DNA of 64,000 nt from Octopus sinensis (GCF_006345805.1 NC_043001.1:100316001-100380000); one strand, 5' to 3'; counted from the first letter of the stretch, positions 49,100 to 63,685 are shown. Notes: a model not told the origin generated them from the sequence alone. Translations and numbers: made by a program.

Positions 49100-49500
49100 G
49101 CATAGAAAACAGTACCAGGTCTTCCAGATCGTAATTAAGTAGGATATTCTGTTGGTCAATAGATAGAAGTAGCATAGGTTGTCCACAGTTCAAAGTCATC
49201 AGCTACACAGACCACAAATTTATGACCTACACAGTCGACCGAGATAGGATGCATAGGCAGGGCCCTGAATACTTGAAGTTGAATGCATCTTTCCCAGCAC
49301 ATCAAGCATTCAGAAACTGGGTTACTAAGTTAGTCTATTGGAAATTTTCGGGTGCAATCATCAACAACCGTTGGTGGATAACCCTAAAAAGAGCTATTAG
49401 AATAGAAGTGATAAGATTTAGTAAGGAAATAGTGTTAGAGGTATCTAGGATAGAGGAAGAACTAGTAAGGAAGCTAGTTTGGCAATGCAGTCGACGGAAG
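49100..49500 (+). mobile_element. L1/Tx1-like ORF2 fragment (end of APE domain and linker)
   Basis: ISYTDHK then GPEYLKLNASF...WWITLKRAIR (cf. SDH..GPGYWKLN..W..LK..IR). Confidence 0.6.
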
Positions 49501-49979
49501 TTCCACTATGGAATTCTATGTGGGATTAGTGACAAGCAAGAGTGACGACGTCCTCGGGGCAACTCTAGACCTCGAGTGGGAGTAATTAGCAGGTCTTTTT
49601 TGGAGGACCTTTGGGCCAGGGCCCATGGATAATTTCCAGAAATCCCTGGCCTGGCAGTGCTACTGGAAACCTCTGCTGGTTGTCAGCTGAGTCCATTTCA
49701 GGCTTTGTGCCTTTAGTAGAAAGGTTATCATTATTATGAGTTTTTCTTCTTTAAATTTTGTTTCCATTTATTGCCAAGTGGCTTCTCGACACATAGGACA
49801 AAGAAGCTCACGACATTAAATAAACATACCTGATTGTTTATTTACAAAATCATATGATAGAAAAGAAGGGGTAAAAAGAAAAAAGGGGAAAATGAAAGAA
49901 AGAAAAAGGCAAAAAGAAAGAAAGAAAGAAAAAGGCAAAAAGAAAGAAAGAAAACTGGTAAAAAGAAAAAAGTTCACAG

Positions 49980-50500
49980 AGCCAATACTCTTCTCAATAT
50001 GTGTGACATAACAGTTAAAACAATCTTTTATAATTTTTGCATGGATGGTAATCCAGGGATCATTCTTAAATAATTTTCACTTCTCTTTTTGATCATTCCA
50101 ACTGCTCCTACAATCACTGGTATTGTAACCAACTTAAAACGCCACATTTTAATTTTTCTGTCAGCAAATCTTTTTATTTTCTGAGCTTGTCACAATTCTT
50201 TTGTTGAAATATTATTCACAAGGAATATTCCTGTTGACCAATAAACCAGCCCTATTATTTTGGTCTTTCACAACAATGTCCAGCTTACTGGTTTTTGTGG
50301 TTCTGTCTGTATGTACTGGAAAGTCCCAAAGAATTGTGACATTTTCTCCCTCAGTTACAGCCTCTGGGTGGTGATTATATCACTTGCTGGCAGTTTTCAT
50401 TTTACAATGCCAACATATTAACCAGTGAAGATATTGGCCAACTCTGTCATGTCTTGATTTATACTCTGCTAATGCTAAAACTTTACATTCAGAGATTAGA
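49980..50500 (-). mobile_element. Second R4/Dong-like RLE fragment
   Basis: GQYLHWLIC...ENVTILWDFPVHTDR...DIVVKD...TIPVIVGAVGMIKK in broken frames. Confidence 0.8.
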
Positions 50501-50569
50501 TCCTCCTCCTCCTCCTCCACGTCGTCGTCGTCATCATCATCATCATCATCATCATTATCATCTTCTAAA

Positions 50570-50756
50570 GGTGGTAAACAGAATTATGTCTGTTTTTACA
50601 TTCTGAGTTCAAATTCCGCTGTGGTTGACGCTGCTTTTCTACTTTTCAGGGTCGATGAATAACTACCAATTTAACCTTGAGGTTGATGTAATTAACTAGC
50701 CCCTCCCCCCACCGCCACCCCAAAATTCCAGGCCTTGTGCCTAAAATGGAAAGGAC

Positions 50757-50819
<63 letters not shown>

Positions 50820-50830
50820 CATCATCATCA

Positions 50831-50873
<43 letters not shown>

Positions 50874-50880
50874 CATTATT
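50570..50880 (+). mobile_element. SINE B-related copy with expanded (ATT)n tail
   Basis: ttctgagttcaaattccgc...ggccttgtgcctaaaatggaaagg then (att)n. Confidence 0.75.
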
Positions 50881-51361
50881 GCTGTTGTTATTTTCTTATG
50901 ACAAATCTCTAAAGAACATTGCTTATGGCTGACCTTCAAATAAATTGACTCTAATGAAATTATTGTCTTGTTTTTACGACCAGATTTATCTTATTAAAGC
51001 AGAAGTAAAATTTCCGACTTGAAATAACTGGGATCTTAAATAGTAATTGAATTATTACCTGCAGTTTCTTAATTGCTTTTCTAAGCACTCAATTTGATAT
51101 TGCTTATATCAATTAATGGACAATTAAATATTAGCATATGTTGTAATATCTATATTAAAGTATGAAAATGAAAGTAAAATCAGAGTATTAGCCAATGAGA
51201 TGCAAGATAAGTATTTTGTATTTTATGATTATTAATGGCTTGTATCATTATACTTAAATTATACTTAAATCCTGCTAGCTCAGCTTCCCAGGCTGTAATT
51301 AGATACCGTAGAAGGTACTACTGAATTCTCTTGTGAAACGAACATATTGGAGTGTTTTAGG

Positions 51362-51700
51362 TGAAGGAATGTGACGTAGTGGTCAGAGCATTTAGATCGT
51401 GATTGTAAGGTTGTGAGTTCAATTCCTGGTGGTACACTGTGTCATTGAGCAAGACACCTTATTTCATGTTGCTCCAGTTCACTCAAATGGCCAAAGCTGA
51501 GTTGTACCTATAATTCAAAGGGTCAGCCTTGTCCCCTTTTATGTGACACTGAATTTCTCTGAGAATTACGTTAACGGATCATGTGTCTGTGTAGTGCTCA
51601 CCCACATGCATCTTAATTTTATCTTAATTTCATGAGCTGCCGTTCCATTGATAGGATCAACTGGAACATTCATTGTCATTGTAACTGACAGAATGTCAGC
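51362..51700 (+). mobile_element. tRNA-derived SINE family C, variant tail
   Basis: tagtggtcagagc / gagttcaattcc boxes then gagcaagacaccttatttcatgttgctccagttcactca, shared with 62888-63213. Confidence 0.7.
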
Positions 51701-54103
51701 TGTTTTTTTTAAATATTTTGATAATTTCCAATGCTTTTAGCCCTTAAAATCTTCCTTGAACCCAGCACCCTCATTCTTCTTTGTCTCTCCCTCACCTACG
51801 ATTGCATTTCTATTTTCTTTTTCAGAAACTTCAATAAACTTATCACCAGAATGGTTAGGGGCACAAAGATGAGCCATGATCCAATTAGTTTATTTGATGG
51901 TGTATTTCAAGCCCTAGTTGACCAGTTTATAAGTTCTTACCTCAGGACAGTACCAATTCTCTCTTCTAGGATCTCCTCACATCCTGCATTTTCTTCCTTA
52001 ACTTTTCCCAACCAGCTTTGAAATTCACATCCACCATTTTTGGCACCTCTCTTAACTTGTTTGACATCTCCAGTTTCATTGTCCGCCCAACCACTCGATC
52101 TCTATCTTTTACAAACACATCACCTCAAAGCTTTTTATCAATTTCTCCTCTCATCTTTCCCTACTCACTCCAGATCAACACTCTTCTTCTCAAAATTCCT
52201 CCATCACTTCCACCTTTACTACCAAGATTCGGTTTTTAAGGCTAAATCCCACCAAATACTCCACTTTTGTCTTAAATGGAGTTATGTCTAGCTTGCTATC
52301 ATTAAACCTTAGCTACTAACTCTAACAATAATTATATCTTGTTTTATGACCAGATTTATCAGTCTTTCAGTGCCTGGTCACCCACCAATTTCATCCCTTA
52401 CTCCTCCTTATCTTCTACCCTGTTACTTGACCTCTAAACTGGGCCATCCTCAGAATTTCCATTTTCTCCAACATCATTTACCCTTCAACTTTCTAGAAAT
52501 CCTACTTTCTTCCTTTAGACATGATCATATCTTGTATAAACGTCTCAGTCTGTAACCCCTTCATGCTTTGCCTGACTCAAGCTGAAATGTTTGTTTTGGT
52601 CCCCAATGTAGAACCTGCATTTTTTTTTACATAACATCACTACATTGCCCAGTCCTGAATTGATTTTGCAAGCCATGGACTGTTTTAGTCGTAAATAAGA
52701 TTTGCTGTTCTTTGACAGATCAATCCAGAATGCATGATACATGTCACATCAGCTTGGCTCCCCCAAACATTGAAAAATGTTGATGAGATCTTATTGTGTA
52801 ATCATTCATCGAAGTCTAAGTGGTTTAAAGTATTTAACTTTTAATGTTTTGCAGAATACCTTTGTAGTATCCCATTTGGTTAAACCGACTCAAATATGTC
52901 ATCCCTTTCCCTGAACAGAAATGAGTATAAACGATATATTTACAAATATTATGGGAAACACTCAAAGCATTACTGATTAGAACAACTGGAAATATAGTTT
53001 GAGCTTATTCTAAAATTCATATTTGAAAATTCTGCATTTACTTGTCTTACCCTTTTCATATACATTCATTCTTGCAAGTTTGAAGAAATGAGCTGACAGA
53101 ATCTATAACACAAGAAATATATTCCCATGTGTTAGACGATCCCTTTCACATCAAACAGCTGTTTTTATATTCACACCTACAACATATTATTGGGTGTCTA
53201 GTATTACATATTTTGATTGATTGTTGATATAATTTAGATAATAATTTCTTGCACTAACACAACATCACTAATTATATTGACAGTAGTTGGCACAATTCTT
53301 TTAACGCATAACTCGAGGAAAAGGCATATATCTTGATATTGGGAAAAGCTTATTGTATATAGGTAAGTATTTGAAGTGAAAAATGTGAACAGAACTCTAC
53401 AGTATTTGGGAAAGAATGATTTGATGATGAACTACAGAAGGTGTAATGGTCCAGTGAACCGTAAGAGGTGTGTGACAGAAATAATGTCTTAACATTCAAT
53501 TAATAATCTAGCCTAAAGTATCTGGGATCAGTACAGGTCATGGACTTGGCTCAGAAGTGAACCACACATTAGTTTTACTCATAGAATACAAGCAAGATGA
53601 TGAAGGAGAGCAGACCTATGTAACAAATAAAAGCAGGATAATGATTAATTAAACTAATTAATGGTGATAATATAGATGAAAATGATAATATTGATAATGG
53701 CAATTGAAGAGAAGGATGAAGTGGACAAAGAAGAGGTGAAGACAAAAAAAAAAAAAGAAATAAAGATTGAAGATGGAACTGGTGACGATATAATTGATGG
53801 TTTGTTGTTTACTTCATTTATTTAATTTCATTTTGTTTTAAGTGATTAATTTCCATTTTGTCACATCTAAAACAAGGTGTAACAGCCACAGAAACAAAAA
53901 ACAAAAGCAAACACATTTGATAAAATCAATATCTCCTAGTTTTGTTATAACGTTTACTGGAGAAGTTCATTATCATGGACACTCATAATTGACAAATGTT
54001 CTCATTCTCACTCTCGATATACAGATATAGATATATGTTTATCTTTGTGTGTGAATGTGTGTAATTGTGTGCAAGTATGTGTGCCTCTGCACGTGCGTGT
54101 GTG

Positions 54104-54163
<60 letters not shown>

Positions 54164-54460
54164 GTGTGTGTGTGTGTGTGTATATATATATGTGTATGTA
54201 TAAGAAATGATAAGAAATGGAGCAATAATTACAGTTAGAAGTGAATCATTGGTGCTTTGAAACACTAATGATCCACTTCTAACTGTTATTATTACTCCAT
54301 TTCTTGTCATTTTTTATATATATTAAACCTTTTAAATTACCTATAACAAAGACCATACATACTGAGGTAATACCAGGAGGGCCTTTCGATACATCTTTCC
54401 CTCAGAGGGTTACATTACCTCTATCTTATATCTTACACTATATATATATATATATAAATA

Positions 54461-54810
54461 TAAGATCTAAGGATCAAGGTGTAGGAAGAAAGTGAGCTTC
54501 AAGCAATCCATTGCAAACATAGAGAAACACCTTTCAGGAACAACAGTGGTTTATCAGGGCAGAAGGTAGTGGATTTTTTTTCCATATCCAAGTACAAGCT
54601 GAAAAAGTTATTTTATATTTCAAAGTAGGCAGCCAGGGTTGCTAGGTATGCAAATAAAAATCCAAGAGTTAAGGAATGAAGAAGATGAAATCTGGGTTAC
54701 ATATGCTTCATAGTGAGTGAAACCTCAGAAGTGGTAAATATCCAAGTGAGGGGTATACTGCAAGCTATTCTCCAGGCCAAGAATATCTTGATTAAATGAA
54801 GTTTAAATTT
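54461..54810. mobile_element. Second copy of the 945-1510 PLE-like family (one arm)
   Basis: Colinear with 950-1280; starts after (TA)n; decayed hammerhead on the minus strand. Confidence 0.75.
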
Positions 54811-54854
54811 TCATTATGTGGCCCATATGAAAGATTCATATATACATACCTCAC

Positions 54855-55205
54855 AATCAAATGGAAATTGTAGTTGTGGCCGATGCCAGTGGCACGTAAA
54901 AAGCACCATCCAAACGTGGTCAATGCCAGCCCCACTCCCCAATTGGCTCCTGTGACAGTGACACGTAAAAAGCACCATCTGAGTGTAGCCAATATCAGTG
55001 CTGCCTGACTGGCTCCTATGCCAGTGACACATAAAAAGCCCCCACTACACTTTCGGAGTGGTTGGCATTAGGAAGGGCATCCAGCTGTAGAAATTCTGCC
55101 AGATCAGATTGGAGCCTGGTGCAGCCACCTGGCTTGCCAGTCATCAGTCAAACTATCCAACCCATGCCAGCATGGAAAACGGACATTAAACGATGATGAT
55201 GATGA
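54855..55205 (+). mobile_element. RTE LINE 3' UTR copy, 3 units
   Basis: Homology to 13635-14100; (GAT)n tail. Confidence 0.88.
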
Positions 55206-56019
55206 TATGTATGCATGTACAAAACAACCCATAGTCCTTAAGTCTGAAAAGTAGACACTAAAACTTCTTTTATGGAGTCGGAGAGCAATGATAGTAGATA
55301 GTACGCCTCCCACTTTCTTTGTACTACCTTTTACCTCTCCTCTCTGCAACTACTCACATTCTACACCCACACTGTTCCCACCTTTCTGTGCCTTCAATTA
55401 TCTCTTTCTTCCTCATGCTTTCCCTCTCTGCCATTTTAACTCATCACCTGTTTTCAATCTCACATATCTTCTGTTGTGCCCCACTCATTGTAGCCATCCT
55501 TATCTACCTCTACATTGCCCTCCTCATCACTCCTATACTCTGCATGTTGTCCCCAGTCTATGTTCTGATTTCTCATTCTTGAGTCACTTCTGTCTCTCTC
55601 ACATTATCTCCCCCACCACCTTCCCTCCAAACTGTTATTTCCCATCAACCGCATCACCACCCTTGTTCATCATTCACTACACTCACCCCTACCCTGCCAG
55701 TCTTTAACCATTTCTTACTCCCTCCCCCGTCACACTTTTATGAAAGTATCCATTCTCTCTTCCCCTCTCATCACCCAGTCTCCATCCTCTCTCTTATGTT
55801 CACCTTCTTGTACCCTGAGAGATTTTCTTTTTTTACCTCCTTCTCAACTACTTCTGCCCCACCCCTATATAACGTGGGGTAGCCAGGTATCTCATCTATA
55901 GCAAAACTCTTGAGCTTCTCCCTCAATCGTAGTCTTTCAATGCCTTCGATAAATCCACCTCCCCCTTGTCCCACTTAGTGGGACCTTTGCTTCCTACCCC
56001 CATGTTCTTTTTCTGCCTT

Positions 56020-56243
56020 GCAAGTTACCCTGCGACCTCACTAGTGCCATTGGCATGAAAAAAGCACTCTGCACACACTGTAATGTGGTTGATGTTAAGA
56101 AGGGCATCCAGCCATAGAAACCATACCAAAGCTGACACTGAAGTCTGCTTCAGCCCTGTGGCTGGCTGGATTCTGCCATATTGTTCATCCTGTGCAAGCA
56201 TGGAAAATGGATGTTAAATGATAACGATGGGATGATGATGATG

Positions 56244-56304
<61 letters not shown>

Positions 56305-56415
56305 CGGGGATGATGATGATGATGATGATGATGGTGGTGATGATGATGATGACGGGGATGATGATGATGATGACCATGATGATGACGATGATGGTGATGA
56401 TGATGACCACAGTGT

Positions 56416-56449
<34 letters not shown>

Positions 56450-56466
56450 AATGACGATGATGGTGA
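56020..56466 (+). mobile_element. RTE 3' tail with ~240-bp (GAT)n expansion
   Basis: gcatggaaaatggatgttaaatg followed by gat repeats. Confidence 0.8.
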
Positions 56467-57114
56467 TTTATAGTTATAAGCGCACTTCTTTTATAATGAA
56501 ATAAAAAAAATATATACATTCCTACCATTTCCTGGAATTTAATTCAAGTAATTAAAAGAAAATTGATGTCATTTATTCACTTATTACATTATGAATGGAC
56601 AGACATTTTGTGAAAAGCTTTTAAAAGTGGTAATTCAAAGACAAACAGAATATTTCTATGCAATCTTTACTAACAAACACAAAGTTCCACAATGCCATGT
56701 CTAAAGAAACTAATTGGAAATGCAGAGTTCTACCAAAGAATAACAGATGCTTGTGTCAATATTTCAAAGTATTCTGCACGATAGATGTCTGGTCTGGAAA
56801 TGTTTTAAGTTGTAAATAATAATTTTTAGGCTCTTTGGGATTTTGAATTCTTCATACAGACTACCTGGTTGCGCTATTGTTGGGAGGAATAATTAGCATT
56901 TATTAGATAGGACTGTTACATCGCAATAAACCGTGTTTGGCAAAGTTAAGTTGTGGAGTTTTTGATTCATTTGCTTGAGAAAAAAAAAAATTTCTAAGCA
57001 GTTTTTAGAAACGAATTGAATTTCTAGATATTTTCTGCCTTCATCTAATTAAGGACATTTTCTGAATTGCTGCAGTTTATTTATTAGCCCTGGTGTCTTT
57101 TATCTGTTATCTTC

Positions 57115-57355
57115 TACTTATTTGAGACTGCGGCCATACTGGGGCACCACCTTGAGGAATTTTAGTTGAATCAATCAACTCCAGAATATTTTTATCTTTT
57201 TTTCTTAATCTTGCTACTTATTCTGTTGGACTTGTTTTGTTGCACTGCTAAGTCACGGGTAGATAAATATGCCAACACCAGTTGTCATGCAGTGGTGGAG
57301 GGCAAATACAGACACAAAGACACACACACACACACACACACACACAAATACACAC
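57115..57355 (-). mobile_element. SINE family A, 3' half
   Basis: Reverse complement of the SINE A tail up to its internal microsatellite. Confidence 0.8.
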
Positions 57356-57429
57356 ATCATCATCATTATTGTCATCATCATCATCGTCCTCGTTATTGTT
57401 GTCATCGTCATTGTCGTCATTGTCATCAC

Positions 57430-57465
<36 letters not shown>

Positions 57466-58590
57466 TTAACATCTGTTTTCCATGCTGGCATGGGTTGGAC
57501 AGTTTGACTGAAAACTGATAAGCTGGTGGGCTGCATCAGACTCCAATCTGATTTGGCATGGTTTCTACTGCTGGATGTCCTTCCTAATGCCAACCACTCC
57601 AAGACTGTAGTGGGTGCTTTTTATGTGCCACTGGCACAGGTACCAGTTACAGAACACCATCGGCCATGACTATGATCTCACTTGACTTGACAGGTCTTCT
57701 CAAGCATGGCATATAACCAAACGTTTTGGCCACTTGTGACTGTCTCCATGAGGCCCAAAGTTCGAAAGGTGCCAGTTCTGTGACACTTGCATCAGCTTTT
57801 GGCTTGACGGGTCTTCTCAATCACAGCATATCACCCAACATTTGAAGGGTGCTTTTTATGTGCCACCAGCATGGGTTACCATCATGTGATACTAGCATCA
57901 GCCACAACTACGCTTGGCTTGGTGGGTCTTCTCAAGCATGGCATTTTGGTCTCTGTGGCTTGTAATTGCCTCCATGTGACCCAACATTCAATGATCATGC
58001 TTCACCATGTTGTCCCATGTCTTCCTGGGTCTACCACTTCCACAGGTTCCTTCCACAGTTAAAGATCAGCACTTCTTTACACAGCTGTCCGCATCCATCC
58101 ACATCATATGACCATACCAACACAGTCGTCTTTCTTGCACACCACATCTGCTGTCTCTTATGCCCAACTTTTCTCTCAAGACGCTTATACTCTGTCATAC
58201 ATGCACACTGACATTGTACATCCAACGAAGCATAGTGGCTTTATTTCTTTCATGTTTATACAATTCCTTGGTGGTTACAGCCCATGTTTCACTGCTGTGT
58301 AGCATGGTTGTTTGCACACAGGCATCATACAATTTGCCTTTCACTCTGAGGGAGGGGCCCAGCAGATGTAGGAGCTCTCTAAACTTCACCCTGCCTATTC
58401 TTATTCTAGCATCCACCTATGCTCCTAGATAAAGGAAAGCTATCAGCTACTTCTAATTTTTCCCCACTGGCATTTAATGGAGTCTATTTTCTGTACATTT
58501 TTAGTGTTAACTGTGCCTGTGCACCTTCCACACATAAAAACTATGTTCCTTGTTAACCTTCCTCTGATATTGTTGCACCTCTTAAGTGAC
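57356..58590 (-). mobile_element. RTE LINE 3' fragment with (CAT)n tail
   Basis: KRCNNIRGRLTRNIVFMCGRC, RIRIGRVKFRELL, SLRVKGKLYDACV..HSSETW; 3' UTR. Confidence 0.9.
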
Positions 58591-59538
58591 AACAACTAAA
58601 ATCAACCTCGCTTGAATGTTTTTTTTTAGGCATCCAGGAAATAAAAAAAACAATCAAGAAATAACTTTACTGGAAAGCTACCTTAGCCTCAACCTCAACA
58701 TGTTATAATTAAAGATGAAATGATAGCAAAGTGGCAGTGTTAATGAATAATGAATAAAGCTTTAACATATTCAAGGACTGACGATCCTGAATTAAAATCC
58801 AACCAAAATTTACATTATTGTGAAATTGATTTCATCTTTTATGAACATGTAAGCAATTGATGAAAACATTGAACATGCCATTCATGTTAACGTTTGTCAT
58901 CTGATCGGAAGTATTTCATTTGTATCTCCTGTGACAACTAACATTATCTGGAAATTTCTATTGAATTCAATAAAATCAATGTAGTGTTGAATATTCTAAT
59001 CTTGAGGCTAGAATTAGAGACGAAGACAAAAGATTTCCTTTTCTTAAATAGTTCTGATCCGAGCAAACAATTGCTCTGATTTGTACAATTAACTTCAAAG
59101 TGTGAGATTGTTACCAATTCATCACAAGCTTTTAACTAAATTCTCTACAGATTTCTTTTTCGTTTTACTCTTAAATAATTCATCTGGTCATTCTTATCAA
59201 GTCCATTCTGTCCTTGATGTAAAGTTTATTTTCTAACAGATTCTTATTCTAGGAAAGTGATGACATGTTATTTTATGCCTGCTGAGAAATGTCTAGACAA
59301 TAGAAGACAAGGTCATTGGAAGCAATGTAACTGTTTTATGGTGAGAGTTTTTAGGAATGCTTTTTCTTTTAGAATTTTAATGGACAACTGAATGCTAGAC
59401 AATGAAAATTTCAGCTCAACAAAGCAATCAAATGATTTACGATTTTCTTAATGTTACTGACAGTATTAAAGTGGGCCATTTATCAGAACAGAATTATAAA
59501 CTACTTTTTGTTGTTCCAACACAATGGGTCCAACTATT

Positions 59539-59589
<51 letters not shown>

Positions 59590-59696
59590 TCACACATTCA
59601 CACACACACACACACACACACTCACACACACACATACACTCACACACACACACACACACACGCAGCATAGCCATGAGTGCTATAACACACATGCAC

Positions 59697-59755
<59 letters not shown>

Positions 59756-59857
59756 CATATTTACACATACATGCATACATATACTTATGCATATACATAT
59801 ACACATATTCATGTATACATTCATACATACATACATGCACTCACACACATACATACA

Positions 59858-60660
59858 TAAGGTGGCCCAAAAATGTATACACACACTGAATGATTATAAT
59901 GTCTTGTCATCATCCTCATCATCGTCTAACGTCCGCTTTCCATGCTGGCATGGGTTGGAAGGTTTGACTGAGAGCTGGCAATCCAGAAAGCTTTACCAGG
60001 CTCCAATCTGCATTTATTAAAATATATTTCATTTTCAAAATTTATAGAATTAATAGAATCTATAGACAGAATTTAATTTTTGACAAATGCCTGTTATCAA
60101 GCCAATGACTGTTCTGGTCCAATCACAACTAATTAAGTGAAGCAGTGGAATAGCAAAAGAAATATTTTGATTAGTGTTTGTGCACTTCCTCATCCAATGA
60201 CTGCCTTGAAGTTGTCAAGTGTTATCCCTTTTATACTGTAAAATTTATCCCTATAAAAAATGTCAAGTGAAAGGAGGTCTGGTGAATGCAGAAGGCATTC
60301 TACTGGACCTGGTTGTCCAATTCCCTTGTTTGCAAAATCTCATCAAGGTAGGCCCTTATCTAACAGACATAGGGTGCGGAAGTCCCATCTTGCTGGAAAT
60401 AAAACATCACACCTTCAAAGTCAGCTTGAATGGTTGCCATGACATTTTTAATTAGAAGCCACACTATACTGCACCATACTGTAGCTTCTAGTACATTAAC
60501 ATGATGTTACTCCATAATATGCAGATTCTCAGGTCTCCACTAGGTGCAATTGCACAATTCTGTAGCTGGTCTTCAGTGGTACTGACCAAAACCGAAACTC
60601 CTCAGCTTCTCAATTATCCTTCATCATCTGAGTCTAGCTTTCGACTTTCTCTGCTGTCTT
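59858..60660 (-). mobile_element. Tc1/mariner relic interrupted by an RTE tail (59906-60010)
   Basis: Minus-strand ENLHIME*HHVN..ATVWC and FYFQQDG..RAYLDE; TIR-like ggtggcccaaaaatgtatacac at ~59861. Confidence 0.75.
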
Positions 60661-61225
60661 CCCCAAAAAAACCTTTTAAAATAATAATTGTAACAATTAT
60701 TATACAAACATAATCTATTTTTATGCTCATACAGCTGCTCCTGCTGCTGATGATGATAATGACAATGACGATGAGGATGATGATGATGATGATGATGATG
60801 AGGATGATGACGATGACAATGACGATGACGATGACGATGATGATGATGATGATGATGAAAAAATGTTGAACCAGATTGAACTGGCAGAAAATTAAAGATG
60901 GTAACTTATAAAAAGCAATAATTAAATAAAATGCTTTGAAACATAAAAGATAATTAAAAAGATAATGAAGATAGAGATTGAACCAGAGAGATAGAGGGGA
61001 GGGAGTGAAGAAATATATATATATATGTATGTATATGTGTGTGTGTGTTTGTGTGTGTGTGTTTGTGTGTGTGTGTGTGAGTATGTGTTTGTGAATCTGT
61101 GTGTGTGAGTGTGTATTTGTGAATCTGTGTGTATAAGTGTGTGTGTATGAGTGTGTGTGTGTGTGTGTGCGTGGATGATGTGGAGTTGTCTGGAAACATG
61201 AGATAAGTTTAGGAGTGAAAGAGAG

Positions 61226-61256
<31 letters not shown>

Positions 61257-62324
61257 GATAGATAGATAGACAGAGATTGAGAGGGTGAGAGAGAGAGAGG
61301 TTACTACCAATGCCAGCACATTATCACCATTTTCCAACCTCTTTATTTATATTGGAATATTGATCCAGGCAAACTTATCTGTTTTTCTTTTTCTTTTCCT
61401 GGGTCAGGGGTCACAAGGAAGATATGAATCAATATGTTTGTCAAATGGTTCTGGATGGACATCAAACTCATTGAAAAATGATAATTAGAGGGATATAATT
61501 TGAAAATAAAACTAAAGGAAAAATTAAAATCTGAGATAAAAATTTAAATAAAATTAAAGAAAAACAACAAATAGAAAATTATAAGAAATTCATTTCAATG
61601 ACTTTTAGTAAAATTCTTAAAGAATTACAAAAGAAAGCTTGGAAATTCTTGAGAGAAAAAGAAACATGTTATTTTGCAACAGAAGTAAAAGCATTTATGT
61701 ACTCTATGTTTCTCGTTGCATATTCCTTGGATAAATATTCAAGAAAAAGATTTTCATAAAATAATTACTTAATCTTGTGTGTATTAATATTATAATTGTT
61801 ATCTCCTGTATAGATTTCTTAGCACAAGAGACAAGATTAATTTTGAGTTATGGAAAGCAATGCAAAGAGAGCACAGGAACCATAGGAGATTGAATCAGTT
61901 GCAATGTATTTACTTAATTAACTGATCTTAAATGAGAATAAGAAAAGGTAAAGTCGACACACTGTAAGACATCACACTCTCCCCTGGCAGTGCCCCAGCA
62001 TGGCCACAGCCTCAAGGCTGAAACATATGAAAGAATAAAAGAATAGAATTTTAGTTAAAAGGAAATATTTCTCTAGCACATTCTTCTTTGTTGAAAATGT
62101 ACTCCTTTGCACTTGCTTTGTAAGATATAAGAATGAATTAATTGGTGTTTTGGGAAGAACTGCATTTAGATTGGTATATTAAGGACAGAAGCAGTGTTAA
62201 TATCAAATGGCAATCTTGATGTCTTACTTAATAGGATTAAATTACTAGAACACTGAATACTGAGGTATTTATCTCAAGAGATTCTCTTATAGATGTATGG
62301 TGCTAGGAGTGCACACATATCTCA

Positions 62325-62881
62325 TAGCACATGAGAACTGTGTGGAACGGGTGCCAGAACTGGCAGATCAAGTGATTTCAGCATAGTGCAGTCTCTGAAT
62401 GGCCAGTGTCTGGTTGCCACATACCAGCCAAATCTCATTGCCAATGATATAGAGAATAACAGTGATTTTTCAGTCAGAGATGTTGCAAATATCCAGCAGG
62501 TTTATTACAAAATATATATTAGCAACGGAAGCAGTACAAAATGGCAATCTTTATATCGTACTAAATGTGAAGGCATTATTAGAATGCTAAATGCTGCGGT
62601 ATTCACCTTGTGAGGTCCTCTCATGTAGACTTACAGTGCTAAGAGCACAGACATGTAGCAGACGAGCGCAATCTGGTGTGGTGCCTGGAACTGTCAGATC
62701 TCCTGATTTCATTCTATGCATTCTATATATGTGTGTATATGTGTGTGTATTGTATATATCATTGGCAGTGAGATTTGGCTTGTATGTGGCAACCAGACAT
62801 CTGTTACTGACGAAATGCAGTACACTGAAACCATGTGATCTGACACCTCTGGCACTCATGCCACATGGTTATCATCTGCTA
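62325..62881. mobile_element. MITE-like element with ~135-bp diverged terminal inverted repeats
   Basis: gtctggttgccacataccagccaaatctcattgccaatgatata versus tatatcattggcagtgagatttggcttgtatgtggcaaccagac; similarity extends outward to tagca.../...tgcta. Confidence 0.75.
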
Positions 62882-62887
62882 CAATAA

Positions 62888-63213
62888 ATGGCTCAGTGGT
62901 TAGAACGTTGAGCTTACAATTATGGGGTTGTGAGTTCGAATCCCAGACTGGGTTGCATGTTGGGTTCTTAAGCAAGGCACTTTATTTCACGTTGCTACAG
63001 TTCACTAAGCTGTAGAAATGAGTTGCAACATCACTGGTGCCAAGCGGTATAGGCCTTTGCCTTTCCCTTGGATAACACTGGTGGCATGGAGAAGGGAGGC
63101 TGGTATGTATGGGCAATTGCTGGTCTTCCATAAACAACCTTGCCCGGACTTGTGCCTGGGAAGGTAACTTTCTAGGGGCAATCTCATGGTCAGTCATGAT
63201 TAAAGGGAGTCTC
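62888..63213 (+). mobile_element. tRNA-derived SINE family C
   Basis: tggctcagtggttaga (A box), gagttcgaatccc (B box), then a body shared with 51362. Confidence 0.85.
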
Positions 63214-63469
63214 AGCAGCTCTTAGCACTGTATGTCTATATAAGACAGCCGTTCAAGGTGAATACTCTGTACGTTCGGTGTTCTAATATGACTTCTACAT
63301 TAAGTAGAAAATAAAGATGGCAAGTTAATCAATGGTTGACATTCCATGAGTCCTGACTACATGCTACAAAAACTCTAAGACTGGACTGTTTATTCTTTAC
63401 TGGAATTTTCTTTATTGTGTTTTGATGTTACTACATCAAGTTTACTTTAACCTTATCCAAAATTATAAC

Positions 63470-63685
63470 TAAGTGTAGGGGTCACTGTGTGGTAAGAAGC
63501 TTGCCTCCCAACTACGCGGTTCTGGGTTCAGTCCCATTGTGTGAAACCTTGAATAAGTGTCTTCTATGATAGCCTTGGGCCAAGCAAAGGATTGTGACTG
63601 GGATTTGGTAGACAGAAAGTGAAAGAAGCTAATAATGTGTGTGTTTGCATGTGTGTATATGTGTGTGTGTATGTGTGTGTGTGTG

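Noticed and set aside
51720-52560. Coding region
   Set aside because: Short ORFs without recognisable motifs; likely an old transposon relic
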